Assembly (NCBI RefSeq): GCF_006345805.1
Contig: NC_042998.1
Span: 38,874,001 to 38,938,000, forward strand
DNA length: 64,000 nt
Direction: 5' to 3'
Origin: Octopus sinensis
Lineage: Eukaryota
The notes beneath the pieces are model-generated. The model did no database searches. It was not told where the DNA came from and worked only from the letters and a program-made list of their open reading frames with translations. Shown in pieces: positions 13,677-25,045 of the stretch; positions within the stretch are counted from its first letter, which is position 1; each line of letters starts with the position of its first letter. The position numbers were made by a program, and so were the translations under genes.

Positions 13677-13832
13677 GGTCGAAATGCTCAGCGGTATTTT
13701 GTCTGCCGCTATGGTCTGAGTTCAAATTTCGCCGATGTCGACTTTGCCTTTCATCCTTTCAAGTACTGGGGTCGATGTAATCGACTATCCCCCTCCCCAC
13801 AAATTCCAGACCTTGTGCCTATAGTAGAAGAT
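13677..13832 (+). mobile_element. SINE family A (5'-truncated, tail 2)
   Basis: GAGTTCAAATT, GTCGACTTTGCCTTTCATCCTTTC, CCTTGTGCCTATAGTAGAA. Confidence 0.85.
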
Positions 13833-14051
13833 ATTATCATTATTATTATTATTTTCATTAACATCTTTTGATTTTGTTTCCATTTCTTGCCGAGTGTCTT
13901 CCTGACACCTAGGGCAGAGAAACGTAGTGTACACATCGGCAGGCCATCAAAACAAACACACCAGATTGTTCATTTACAGAGTCATGTGATAGAGAAAAGG
14001 GGGGAAGACAGCGAAAAAGGGGGAAATAATAAAGTAAACAAATAAAGGGAG

Positions 14052-14083
<32 letters not shown>

Positions 14084-14109
14084 ACTTACGTAATAAGTTT
14101 ATATGAGTC

Positions 14110-14640
14110 GGCCAAAGATTGGTCCAAGCCATGTCTAACTTAATAGGACCAACTGGATAGGCATTATTTTAAAGTCAAGTTTTGTGGTATCATGGTCCAT
14201 TCAAGCAGGGAATTCTTGTTGATTGAGATGTACCCACGTATAGGTGGTTTATCTGGTATCCTTTAAAGAAATTTGTCCAGGATTCATTTGAAGGTAATGG
14301 AATGGTTTTCTCCTTTGATTTCGTTTGGGATAATGCTAAATAGACCAGAGCCTGCTTAGAAAAAGAAATTGTGTTGCAGTGAATTTATGTGTTGTGAGCC
14401 TGAATTGTGTAGGGAGCGTATACCATATGTACCCAGCCTTGGATGAACTGTGAATCTAATGTCACTGATGTATTCGCCACATTGTGCAAATGATGCGGCG
14501 CTCACGGTGGCCCTGGATTCAATGTTTTCAGGCGCTGACAATAATCAAGATCAGACGTACCCTTAATGTTCTCATTGAATATTCTCTGCGGTATCTCACT
14601 TCTTGTAATATTTTGCTTGGTATGAGACGAGTACAAAGGA
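14110..14640 (-). mobile_element. CR1-group LINE 3' end remnant
   Basis: Translation ..HPRLG..LFSIIPNEIK..FK*ILDKFL*RIPDKPPIRGY..NSLLEW fits the CR1-like C-terminus FK..LD.FL..IPD.P. Confidence 0.65.
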
Positions 14641-14697
14641 GGAGTAACAGGGAATGATGTCCTCTTGCTCTCTGGACCCGAAATTCTGAGGATCCAG

Positions 14698-14850
14698 AGA
14701 GGCTTCTTTCAGTTTCTACCCACCAAACTCACAAGATTATAGTCGGCCTGAGGCTATAATAGAAAACACTTGCCTAGATGCATCGAAGTGGGATTGAACA
14801 CGGGACTATAGGACTGAGAAGCAAACTTGTAACCACACAGCTACGCCTGC
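14698..14850 (-). mobile_element. SINE family B 5' half
   Basis: Degenerate reverse complement of the family B head. Confidence 0.75.
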
Positions 14851-15332
14851 ACATTTTTTCTCTTTCACTGAAAAATACATCCAAAACAGAGATTTCATTG
14901 TATATGTAACAGAAACGACGGCTTATCATATCTGCAGTTCAAAGGTCCAGTTCAATATATTTTGCAACACTGTTAAGCTACACAAAAATATTAGTGTCAG
15001 CATAACACAATCTTACCTCAACCAAAACACGATATTTCTTACCTATTTACCTTCTTCTTTGCTATTCCATTTTATGCTGTCTGTTTACATCAAATGACAA
15101 CACGAAATACATAAAATACGAATGGAAACTAATACAAGTGACACACAAAAACATGTACAGATATGCATTGGCACATGGAGCGCTGCGTAAGGAAGAAATT
15201 TACTCTACAATCTAATAATTCTAGAATCAATACCTCTGCGCAGCAATGTGGGCTTATTGCCTTCTGTCAAAACTACAATTTAACCAAGACTGCTTAAGTA
15301 CAGAATATCTTAGTCAGACTTTATGTATACTA

Positions 15333-15379
<47 letters not shown>

Positions 15380-15436
15380 CTCTATCTCTATTACTCTCTC
15401 TCTCTCTATATATATATATAATATATATATATATAT

Positions 15437-15737
15437 CGGGCCGACCAAAGCCTCGTGAGTTGATTTGGTAGACGGAAACTGAAAGAAGCCCGCCGTATAT
15501 ATGTATATATATGTGTGTGTGTGTGTGTGTTTGTGTGTCTGTGTGTGTCCCCACCCCAACATCGCTTGACAACCGATGCTGGTGTGTTTACGTCCCCGTA
15601 ATCTAGCAGTTCAGCAAAAAAGACCGATAGAGTAAATACTAGGCTTACAAAGAATAAGTCCTGGTGTCAATTTCCTCGACTAAAGGCGGTGCTCCAGCAT
15701 GGCCGCAGTCAAATGACTGAAACAAGTAAAAGAGAAA
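15437..15737 (+). mobile_element. SINE family B, headless copy
   Basis: TCGGGCCGACCAAAGCC..GACGGAAACTGAAAGAAGCCCG..GGCGGTGCTCCAGCATGGCCGCAGTCAAATGACTGAAACAAG. Confidence 0.9.
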
Positions 15738-15741
15738 GAGA

Positions 15742-15792
<51 letters not shown>

Positions 15793-15968
15793 ATATATAT
15801 ACTTGGTTGACAATTGTATGTTACGATTCCGTATTGCTGCTGTTTACATCTCGCTCGGATATTTAATATAGCTTATTTCTACTCTTTCAAGATCAGCGAC
15901 GGTTCGTCACTGGAAAAAGCATATACTATTTTGCGAGCGGAGTGAGTTTCATCACTAGCTTGTGGTTA

Positions 15969-16018
15969 ACACACGCTGAGGACGGCTACCCACCCAGAAA
16001 CAACTCAAGTCTGTGTGT
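15969..16018 (+). ncRNA. Type I hammerhead-like motif
   Basis: Stem I ACACACG/TGTGTGT, core CTGAGGA, weak stem II (GG/CC), GAAA, short stem III, GUC site at 16011. Confidence 0.5.
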
Positions 16019-16212
16019 ATCACGTAAGGCAATAGATGGGAGAAATGACCTCCTTTCGCAAACACTAATCGGGCACAGGATGTGTGTCGTTAGCCTGTTG
16101 GAAGAGATGTCTTCCTGGGGTTATAAACGCCAGTAGCATTGTCCTGTATTGAACGTCGCACTTGGTTGGGAATTACATGTGTGTGTCTGTGTGTGAGAGA
16201 GAGAGAGAGATG

Positions 16213-16432
16213 CCGATTTACAAGGGCCGGTTTCCCAATTTCCTGGTGTATGTATTCTGCACCTAGTTGGGACGCCGGTCCGTCGCAGGGTCACTCATTT
16301 TTGCCAGCCGAGTGGACTGGAGCAAACGTAAAATGAAGTATTTTGCTCAAGAACACAACTCGTCGCCCGGTGCATGAATCGAAACCACAATCTTACGATC
16401 ATGAGTCCAATATCTTAACCAGTAAGCCACCC
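16213..16432 (-). mobile_element. tRNA-derived SINE, family C-related variant
   Basis: Minus strand GTGGCTTACTGGTTAAG..GTGGTTTCGATTC..GTTGTGTTCTTGAGCAA; similar piece at ~1520-1630. Confidence 0.75.
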
Positions 16433-16439
16433 ACTTTTG

Positions 16440-16474
<35 letters not shown>

Positions 16475-17153
16475 ATATATTTCGTTTGTATTGATCGACG
16501 AAGGACAAAGCCATCGATGAGAACCAAATACAAAAATCTACAGCTTTTAAACGAAGTCGCCTTCTATATTTGATTAGTACCGAGTTACTGGTATTTTCTT
16601 GTCATTCTCAGCATCAGAAAGGCTGTCAACCAGTTAGAAAGGCTGTCATTGACTGTCAACCAATGACAGTATGTTCCGTCATTTGCAATATGAAATATCT
16701 CATTATTTGAAATCACATAACACTAATAAATTTTCTATAATCCAATTACGTTTTGAATAATATCGAAAGGACTTCTTAGTCTTTATTCATTAGTATTTGG
16801 TCAAATTCATAATTTATTTTCAGTAACGCTTTCCTCATCTTCTTGTCATGATAAAGGCAGAAACGTGTGATTGATAGAGCAAATATTTGTCGGGAAGTAA
16901 CTTCGTGTAGGAGTTTCAGCCGGATAATTGTATTGAACACACTACTCCTCTTGAATATATGAAGCATTGTACGAATGGTAGAAATCATGCTGACATTTGC
17001 TACTGCTCCTTCTGTCAAATTTTTTTGTTTTTTAATATTCAGTGAAAGTTAAAGGCTAAGATGCTATCGGACAACTTCTTTCATCCCTACAATGTTTCTC
17101 TTCCTAAGCGTCTAATAGACATCATTATTTCTTTTTTATTTCCTCCATAACAG

Positions 17154-17266
17154 ATTCACTTTCAAAAGCCAGATATTCGTCCTCAGAAGTGGTCTCTCTT
17201 ACGCAAATTATTGATGATGATAATCCGCAGTTGGCAACGAATCATATAGAATCTTCTGTACTTAAT
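17154..17266 (+). CDS. Candidate internal coding exon (113 nt, phase 1 to phase 0), product unknown: (D)SLSKARYSSSEVVSLTQIIDDDNPQLATNHIESSVLN
   Basis: Polypyrimidine acceptor tttcttttttatttcctccataacag, consensus donor AAT|gtaagt, exactly one open frame, non-repetitive sequence. Confidence 0.45.
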
Positions 17267-18569
17267 GTAAGTAGCTGCTATTTTTTTATTGTACTTCTCA
17301 GTTCTCTGTGTTTGGCTTAAATGATCATGGTAGGACTCAGACAACCAAATTTTATTATGACTTCTAAACGGAGCAAAACATACAATATTTCCAATGCATC
17401 TACCTAAACTTATCAAAGTATAAGGAAGTGGGTGTCACATTTAGTAACAGAAACTTACTGTTCATATTTATAGACGAAAGGAAAATGGGGAGGTCAGCAT
17501 CGTCGGTGGAATTTAAATTGAGAAACATCAGATATCAGCAGATCAAATGCAGAAAGCCAATTCTTTCACTAACATTTCTGCTAAGGAGAGAATCTCCTTC
17601 GTTCGCATTAATTTGATCAGAATTTCAAATTAAGTGCAATAATATAGTCTTGTTAATTCAGTTCGCTTACACACCAAAGTGGACTAATAAATATATTTTT
17701 CTCAACTTTATTATATTTCTATGTAAAACATTTTCATAGTTTTGGGGAAAATATTCTTCAAAAAAAAGTTTCTCAATAGATACGTACATTAAAAACAACC
17801 TTAATTTGATAGATTGGAAATAACTTGAAGAACTTTTTTTTTAGATCAACGCAATGCATTGCAATTTTCTATTCCATTTTCGCTATCATTTTCCACATAT
17901 TTTTTTATCCCAAATTGTTAAAAATATAGTTTCTTCAACAGTTAAGTGTTTCCAGCAATTTCAAGATGCATAATTCATAGATTAGAAATAAAATGCTTAA
18001 TAACAGCTATTTCTATTTTAATAATCATAATGATTTCCATAGAAGAAAAATAACAACGGAAACAAGAGTAGAACATTATTATTTCGACTTTGTATATAAA
18101 AAAGTTTCAGATTGTAACACTTCTTTTAGAGGCAGATGTTGGGAAATAGGAGAAGAAAGACATTTAACCGAAGTGAATGCTTGTTTTTGGTGGAGCTAGA
18201 GTGTACAAAACATGTTCAAAAATGACTGATAGAAGTAGTTAATCTAAATAAATCTCAGCAGAATATCGGCTTCAACCAAGGGAGATAATGATGGAAACTC
18301 ATATATATATACATGTGTGTGTGTGCGCGTGCGCATATTTCCTTCGGTATTAGAGCTTGCATTTTATCGAAAACAGATTCTTTGTTTAGTGTAGGTATGT
18401 GTGAACGTAAACAGGCAGTATATGTGTATATATGGCGTGTTCACAAGGGGTATGTTGTAAGACTATAATGGCATGTCAGGTGAGTATGTTTGCTGGATGC
18501 ATACTCCGCAAATACCATTTATAATGCCACTCTACTCATCGGGTTTGTGACAAATAACGGAACCCTTAC

Positions 18570-18739
18570 CATTGTAATTAAAGCAGCAGCATCCGAATGT
18601 CGGTTCTTCATCGGCGTAGTATCGATATTCAAAGAGATTTTTAAAAACAAACAGCAAAATCAAGGTCCTTAATGTTACACTATAAGGCAGCAACAGGATT
18701 AGAATTCAAAGATTCAGAATATGGACCTTTGTCAAGAAT
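18570..18739 (-). other. Candidate spliced exon, non-coding or 5'UTR, ending in ATG
   Basis: Strong acceptor ttttcttttctttttactttctgttttactctctcag, donor ACAATG|gtaagg; all three frames have stops in the 5' part. Confidence 0.4.
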
Positions 18740-18867
18740 CTGAGAGAGTAAAACAGAAAGTAAAAAGAAAAGAAAATGAATGCTGGAAAAATTGTAGACG
18801 GAAGTAGTAGTATGTCTGTTCTCTGACAAAATTATTTGTAAACAGAGTCAGTTTATAGAAGTAATCA

Positions 18868-19237
18868 TTTCTACTCTAGGCACAAGGTCCGTATAGGTCG
18901 ACCCCAGTACGCAACCAGTACGTATTTTATAGACCTCGAAAGGATGAAAGGCAAAGTCAACCTCGACAGAATTTGAACTCAGAACGTAAAGTCAGACGAA
19001 ATATCTACTTCTTTACTACCCACAAGGGGCTAAACACAGAGGGGACAAACAAGGACAGACAAACGGATTAAGTCGATTATATCGACCCCAGTGCGTAGCT
19101 GGTACTTATTTAATCGACCCCGAAAGGATGAAAGGCAAAGTCGACCTCGGCGGAATTTGAACTCAGAACGTAGCTGCAGACGAAATACCGCTAAGCATTT
19201 CGCCCGGCGTGCTAACGTTTCTGCCAGCTCGCCGCCT
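18868..19237 (-). mobile_element. Dimeric SINE family A (full monomer + tail 1 + truncated monomer + tail 2)
   Basis: Two GAAAGGATGAAAGGCAAAGTC..GAATTTGAACTCAGAACG bodies; same junction as 30311-30708. Confidence 0.9.
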
Positions 19238-19301
19238 TTGTTTCTACAAAGAATATTCGTTCATTGTGTAGTCTTGTGCCAACATATATATATATATATA
19301 T

Positions 19302-19527
19302 TCTTTTATTTGTTTCAGTCATTTGACGGCGGCCATGCTGGAGCACCGCTTTTAGTCGAACAAATCGACCCCGGGACTTATTCTTTGTAGGCCTTGTACT
19401 TATTCAATTAGTCTGTTTTACCGAACCGCTAATTTATGGGGACGTAAACATACCGACATCGGTTGTCAAGCGATAGTGGGGGGACAACGGACACACAAAC
19501 ATGCACATACACATATACGCCTGTGCC

Positions 19528-19579
<52 letters not shown>

Positions 19580-19865
19580 CAGTAGTGGCTGTGTGATAAG
19601 TAGCTTGCTTATCAATCAGATGGTTCCGGGTTCAGTGGCACCTTGGGCAAGTGTCTTCTATTATAGCCTCGGGCCGGCCAAAACTTGTGAGTGGATTTGG
19701 TAGACGGAAACTGAAGGAAGCCAGTCGTATACATACATATATATATATATGTGTGTGTATGTATGTATCTGCGTCTTTGAGACTGTGTTTTCTCCTCATC
19801 ACCGCTTGACAACCGGGGTTGGTGTGTTGACGTCCCCGTAACTATGACCGCAGTCAAAGTAAAAG
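19302..19865. mobile_element. Two SINE family B copies back to back (minus 3' half 19302-19500; plus copy 19575-19865)
   Basis: Family B motifs in opposite orientations, separated by (TA)n(GA)n. Confidence 0.88.
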
Positions 19866-19919
<54 letters not shown>

Positions 19920-20081
19920 GTAGTTGTATATACGGGTCAGTCTACGTAGATATATAAGTATTTGTATTCAAAATGGTGAGTTGGTATGATGCTTAAATTT
20001 ATGTCTGAGAAAGTGTAGATCTATATACATAGGTACGTATGTATCTATTGGTCTGAAAATATTCCCTACGCACACACACAC

Positions 20082-20136
<55 letters not shown>

Positions 20137-20604
20137 TGGGTGTGCGTATGTGTGTGTGTCTGATTGTATTGTTATATAAATGTGTATGTGCGAATAAATA
20201 TTGAATGTGTCTGTATTTAGATGCCGTTATATGCAGTTCCTACAGTTAAACTTAGTCTGCATATGATCGTGGTGTGTTTTTTATGACTTTTAGTTAATTC
20301 CATAATGTATACATTTGTGCGCTCATTTATTTGTTGTTATATAACCTTACTGAATGCCAGAGTAGTAATGCCTCAAATTGGAGGTCAAGTGGTTTTCAGC
20401 AGTGTTTAATTTGTTTTCCATCAATATAATCTTAGACTGAGCTGAACCATATAATTTTATTATAAACATTAACGCTGTCAAGAATATTTACATATTTTAT
20501 TTCACATCTTTTTGAGACCCAAGTTGGGAGTAAACCGTTCAGTTCTATTTAATTAAATACAAGCACAAATTGTTTTTTGTAAGAATCTATAAAACAAGTG
20601 AAGA

Positions 20605-20838
20605 CATGTTGCCCAGTGGTCAGGGTGCCGGTCGAGGAAGCGTGTTTCTCGAGCAAAAATAATTCATTTCACTTGATTCCCCTCTGCTGTATATGGGTAA
20701 CCCTGAAACAGACTGGTGTTCCATTTCAGGGATAATTTTGGTCAGTCCGCCCAACCAGCGAGGTTGCATCGCCCGAAATCTAAAACAATATCAAGTGCAT
20801 TATGACCAGCGATGTAAAACATCCGATAGCCTGGTCGT
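20605..20838 (+). mobile_element. Degenerate SINE family C copy
   Basis: TGCCCAGTGGTCAGGG head; tail GACCAGCGATGT..CATCCGATAGCCTGGTCG as in 56179-56485. Confidence 0.7.
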
Positions 20839-21266
20839 AATAAGACGAGTCTCCGTTTAGGCTAAACCCAGGTTTTCAGGGGAAGACAAACACCCCTTTC
20901 CAATGCAATTCATCACTCTTCTTTCGTCCACTTTTTAACAATACACTTGATTCTTCTATTTTCCTTGATCCTGTTTTGCAATCCCCCTAAGTTTTCCTTC
21001 CTTCCAGCCCCACCAGGAAAACTATACACGTACATATATTTATTAATACTGCATTTATTAATGCTATATATATATATATAATAACAAGGTAAAAGTTTTT
21101 ATTATTTTTCATTCCCTTCGAAATTGCTCTTAAATGTGGTTTTGGTTGTTTTGACTGCTTCTTCTAGCGTGTAAAATTACTTGTTAATGGTATTTTTCTC
21201 TTGTGTTTAAATGTACACTATTTTGTGTGTGTGTGTGTGTGTACATACATACACACACACACACAC

Positions 21267-21353
<87 letters not shown>

Positions 21354-21527
21354 TATTATACAAATATATATAGTAAGCGGAGGAATATAAAATATTCAGG
21401 CTGATGCCGAATTTCTCTATGTAAGATACCAAGACTGGTTCCTTCAGATGGTGCGTTTTATGATAAACTTCCTTTAACTCCCATCCGAAGTAACAGTTTA
21501 TTTCTTGGATACTCAGAGTGTAAAGCA

Positions 21528-22364
21528 CACGGTGTCCCAAAAAATTTGACATTATTTGAGATGTCCGTATTGGAGTTACTATGAAGTTTAATTTTGAACG
21601 TAAGTTTTATTCTAGATTTCCAACGAAATGTTCTGTGAGATGATAATTTTATCATGTTCCAAAGTCATCACAGTTCTTTGAAATTGTGCGGAACGCATTC
21701 ACTTTTGATGAGTCCCTTTAGTGTTCACTTGTGTCGTGTGGATTTTCTTTTCTCTCCGAATGCGAACGTTTCGCTCGTTCACTTTGCCATTCGTATGGAA
21801 TGTGGTCTCGTCGCTGAAAACAAGACGGTTTTCAAAGTCGTCATCTTCAGGTTTCTCTTGCATATTTTCACAGAACGTTTTATGCTTTTGCTTGTCAACC
21901 GGCTTTAAAGCGTGCACAAACTGAAGCTTGTAGGATCTCAACCGCAAGCGTTTTCTTATTACACACCAAACAGTTGACTTGGACTTTGGACTCCGACTAA
22001 GCGTTTCCCGAAGTTGGTTCACCATCTCTTCTGAAACTGCTCGCCGTACAGACCCTTTTTTCCAACACAAACAGCCTTCCTCTTGAAACTTCCTCCAAAT
22101 CTACTTCCCTGTTGGCATTTGTTTATGAGATCTTCTGACAAATGCACATTCACAGTTGCCTGAGTTTGGGAGTACTTCAATACACAAAACGCCTTTTCTG
22201 TTGCAGTAAACGGCATGTCTAATCATGAAAAGAAAACTTAGGAAAGGTGATATTTTCAAAATGTATTGAATTCTAGACATAGTGCTAGAATCTGAGACAA
22301 TTTGAACGAAAATTATTCACGTTATTAGGTGATGAAATGATATCAATGTTTTGTGGACACCCTG
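21528..22364 (-). mobile_element. Internally deleted Tc1/mariner-superfamily DNA transposon with TIRs
   Basis: TIRs CAsGGTGTCC..AAA..TTGA..TATTT/TCATTT at 21528 and 22364; TA outside the right TIR; ATG at 22216 (MPFTATEKAFCVL, HTH region), then RSPKS..RKRL..YKLQ..LVFSDETTFHTNGKVN. Confidence 0.9.
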
Positions 22365-22377
22365 TACAATAATGACA

Positions 22378-22535
22378 AATAAGGAGGATAAAGAATTTGA
22401 ACATTCAAATTTTGTTTTTATTTCCAGTTGGTTTATTCATAGCGATTGTCCGACACGTGTCGGACAATTGCTATAAATAAGCTAACTGGAAATAAACATA
22501 AGGATTGAATGTTCAAATTCTTCATTCTCCTTATT
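22378..22535. repeat. Spacerless imperfect palindrome, ~79-bp arms
   Basis: Centre ATTGTCCGACAC|GTGTCGGACAAT; arms AATAAGGAG..GAATTTGAACATTCAA / TTGAATGTTCAAATTC..CTCCTTATT. Confidence 0.92.
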
Positions 22536-22677
22536 ATCAATAGATAGATAGATAACAGCTACGCAGATAAGAGTCCACTATTTTTGTCAATATCATTACC
22601 TCAAGTCAGCTATGATATGTTTATTCATCCCGCTCTTTCTTCTCCTTCTATCTTCTCTTTCCCTCTCCCGCTCTCAG

Positions 22678-22714
<37 letters not shown>

Positions 22715-22840
22715 ATATATATTATATATATTATATATATATGTCGGGACGTTCGGAGTCTGCGCAGTGATATGTAGTTAGGAAGAGTAAATCATTAGAC
22801 GCACATGCTTCTAGTGAGTTAGGATCCCAGAAAAACAGGG

Positions 22841-22910
22841 TCTCACTGAAGAATTCTCCCTGGGCAAATAATTATCTTATTGCTGAAAAGAAAGAAACTG
22901 CAGTCTGAGA
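22841..22910 (+). ncRNA. Type I hammerhead ribozyme, array copy 1
   Basis: Stem I TCTCA/TGAGA; CTGAAGA; stem II TTCT/AGAA plus inner GCAA..TTGC hairpin; GAA; palindromic stem III ACTGCAGT; GUC site at 22905. Confidence 0.8.
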
Positions 22911-23230
22911 ATTTACCGGTTTAGTAAATGTTTTTATCTTCATTTCACTTAACTTATCAAGCTTCTGTATTCCTAGCACATATTCGCCTTAATGTACTGA
23001 TATATGAAAAATATATAGCTTGTGTTAGTAATACCAGCGATTATAATTATTTTTATTTTATCGCAATTTGATTTGTTACATTTTCCGATAAATTATGAGA
23101 GCCAGGCGATATACCAGAATTCCCTAGTGTTGTCGGGAGTTCGGAGTCTGCGCAGTGATATGATTAGTTAGGAGAGTAAAATCATTAGACGCACATGCTT
23201 CTAGTGAGTTAGGATCCCAGAAAAACAGGG

Positions 23231-23301
23231 TCTCACTGAAGAATTCTCCATGGGCAAATAATTATCTTTATTGCTGAAAAGAAAGAAACTGCAGTCTGAG
23301 A
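23231..23301 (+). ncRNA. Type I hammerhead ribozyme, array copy 2
   Basis: Same elements as copy 1; predicted cleavage after C23296. Confidence 0.8.
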
Positions 23302-23624
23302 TTTACCGGTTTAGTAAATGTTTTTATCTTCATTTCACTTAATTTATCAAGCTTCTGTATTCTAGCACATATTTCGCCTTAATGTACTGATATATGAAAA
23401 ATATATGGCTTGTTGTAGTAATACCAGCGATTATAATTATTTTTATTTTATCGCAATTTGATTTGTTTACATAGTTCTCGATAAATTATGAGCGCCAGGC
23501 GATATACCAGAATTCCCTAGTGTTGTCGGGACGTTCGGAGTCTGCGCAGTGATGGATTAGTTAGGAAGAGTTAAATCATTAGACGCAATGCTTTTTAGTG
23601 AGTTAGGATCCCAGAAAAACAGGG

Positions 23625-23692
23625 TCTCACTGAAGAATTCTCCCTGGCAAATAATTATCTTATTGCTGAAAAGAAAGAAATGCAGTCTGAGA
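23625..23692 (+). ncRNA. Type I hammerhead ribozyme, array copy 3 (1-nt deletion in stem III)
   Basis: TCTCA-CTGAAGA..GAAA-TGCAG-TC-TGAGA; site at C23687. Confidence 0.65.
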
Positions 23693-23852
23693 ATTTACCG
23701 TTGAGTAATGTTTTTATCTTCATTTCACTTTTTATCAAGCTTCTGTATTCCTAGCACAATTTCGCCTTAATGTACTGATATATGAAAAATATATGGCTTG
23801 TGTTAGTTAGTATCCAGCGATTATAATTATTTTTATTTTATCGCAATTGATT

Positions 23853-23894
<42 letters not shown>

Positions 23895-23896
<2 letters not shown>

Positions 23897-24108
23897 TTAA
23901 TCCAAACAAGAAACAGAAAAAAAAGAAAAAAACAGCAACGCGAGGACGTGGAACAATTAAAGTATTATTGACCCTCAGGAAAGAGGGAAGGAGGGTTTAA
24001 CGTTTCGAGCGGAGCTCTTCGTCGGAAACAAGGAGAAGGAAAGATCCCAAGAAGGGAAGACAGAGGAAAAAATATTTTTGCTGGTGGTGCTCAAGAGATC
24101 ACATGTTA
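23895..24108 (-). mobile_element. Repeat family E (PLE-terminus-like) embedded in (TA)n; HHR-like motif at 23995-24029
   Basis: Minus strand GTTT-CCGACGA-A-GAGC-TCC-GCTC-GAAACGTT-AAAC; homologous copies at 41193-41301 and 55172-55345. Confidence 0.75.
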
Positions 24109-24117
24109 AAAGCATAT

Positions 24118-24180
<63 letters not shown>

Positions 24181-24685
24181 TTAAAGTAGTCTGACTTAGC
24201 AAGTCCTGTTCCTTAAAATCTCGTTGACATGTGAAAACATAACTAGCTCATCAGATATATATGGAGCTAAAGTGGAGAAATAAAAACGCGATGGTTTCTT
24301 TCTTACGGAGAGATGGCGGTGAGTGAAAAGTATAATTTTTTAAAACTAAGTTTTTGTTTTCTCCGTTACTTAACCCGTCTGTAACGCTTTCACGGGATTA
24401 GTTGAAGGGAGACAATGGTAATTCAGTGGTCTCTGTCGAGATGAAGTGAATAACTTGTTCGTGAATAAGCGTATAAGTGGTCTGCCTGTCCACAGAGACG
24501 TATGCCCTTAGTTTAATTGTCAGAGTGTGGCAAGGCTGTACCGTTTGAATCGTATGCACAGTTCACCCGATGGGATCCTGTGCACGTTTACTCTCTCCAG
24601 TTTCACTTCCAAGACATCGACCGACCATGAGTTCTTGTATCTTTATAGGTGCTTCATCTGCTAAATATACCATAAAACAATCGTT

Positions 24686-24720
24686 GTGTCGATGATGCCT
24701 GTTGAGGCAGAAACGTGTTC
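24686..24720 (+). ncRNA. Degenerate hammerhead-like motif
   Basis: C-GATGA-TGCCT-GTTG-AGGCA-GAAA-CGTG-TT: perfect 5-bp stem II, core lacks U4, stem I not evident. Confidence 0.4.
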
Positions 24721-25008
24721 AAAGCTTTACTCCTGTCTTCAAATAGTCAAACTATCTTTTGTTTAGTGACATAAATTTCTCGTTTAAATATAGTACCAGT
24801 TGCCACCAAACATTTGCTCCACACTCTCTCTCTCCTCTCGCCTTCTTTCTTTCTCTCTCTCTCTCTTTCTTCCTCTCTCTCTCTTTCCCTCAACCCTCTC
24901 TCTATCTCTCTAAAAGTGAAGATGACAGCAATAAATCTTATTTTATATACTCTTATCTGTCACTGTTCAAACACATAATGCATATTTCTCTTAACACATT
25001 TTTGTTTT

Positions 25009-25045
<37 letters not shown>

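Larger units (their letters stand above)
22743..23857 (+). mobile_element. Tandem array of a ~390-bp unit (about 2.85 copies) with one hammerhead per unit; non-LTR retrozyme-like
   Basis: Units start at 22743, 23132 and 23525, are near-identical and non-coding; (TA)n on both flanks. Confidence 0.85.

Noticed and set aside
22743-23857. CRISPR array or protein-coding repeat
   Set aside because: No unique spacers, no cas genes, eukaryotic context and no ORF across the unit
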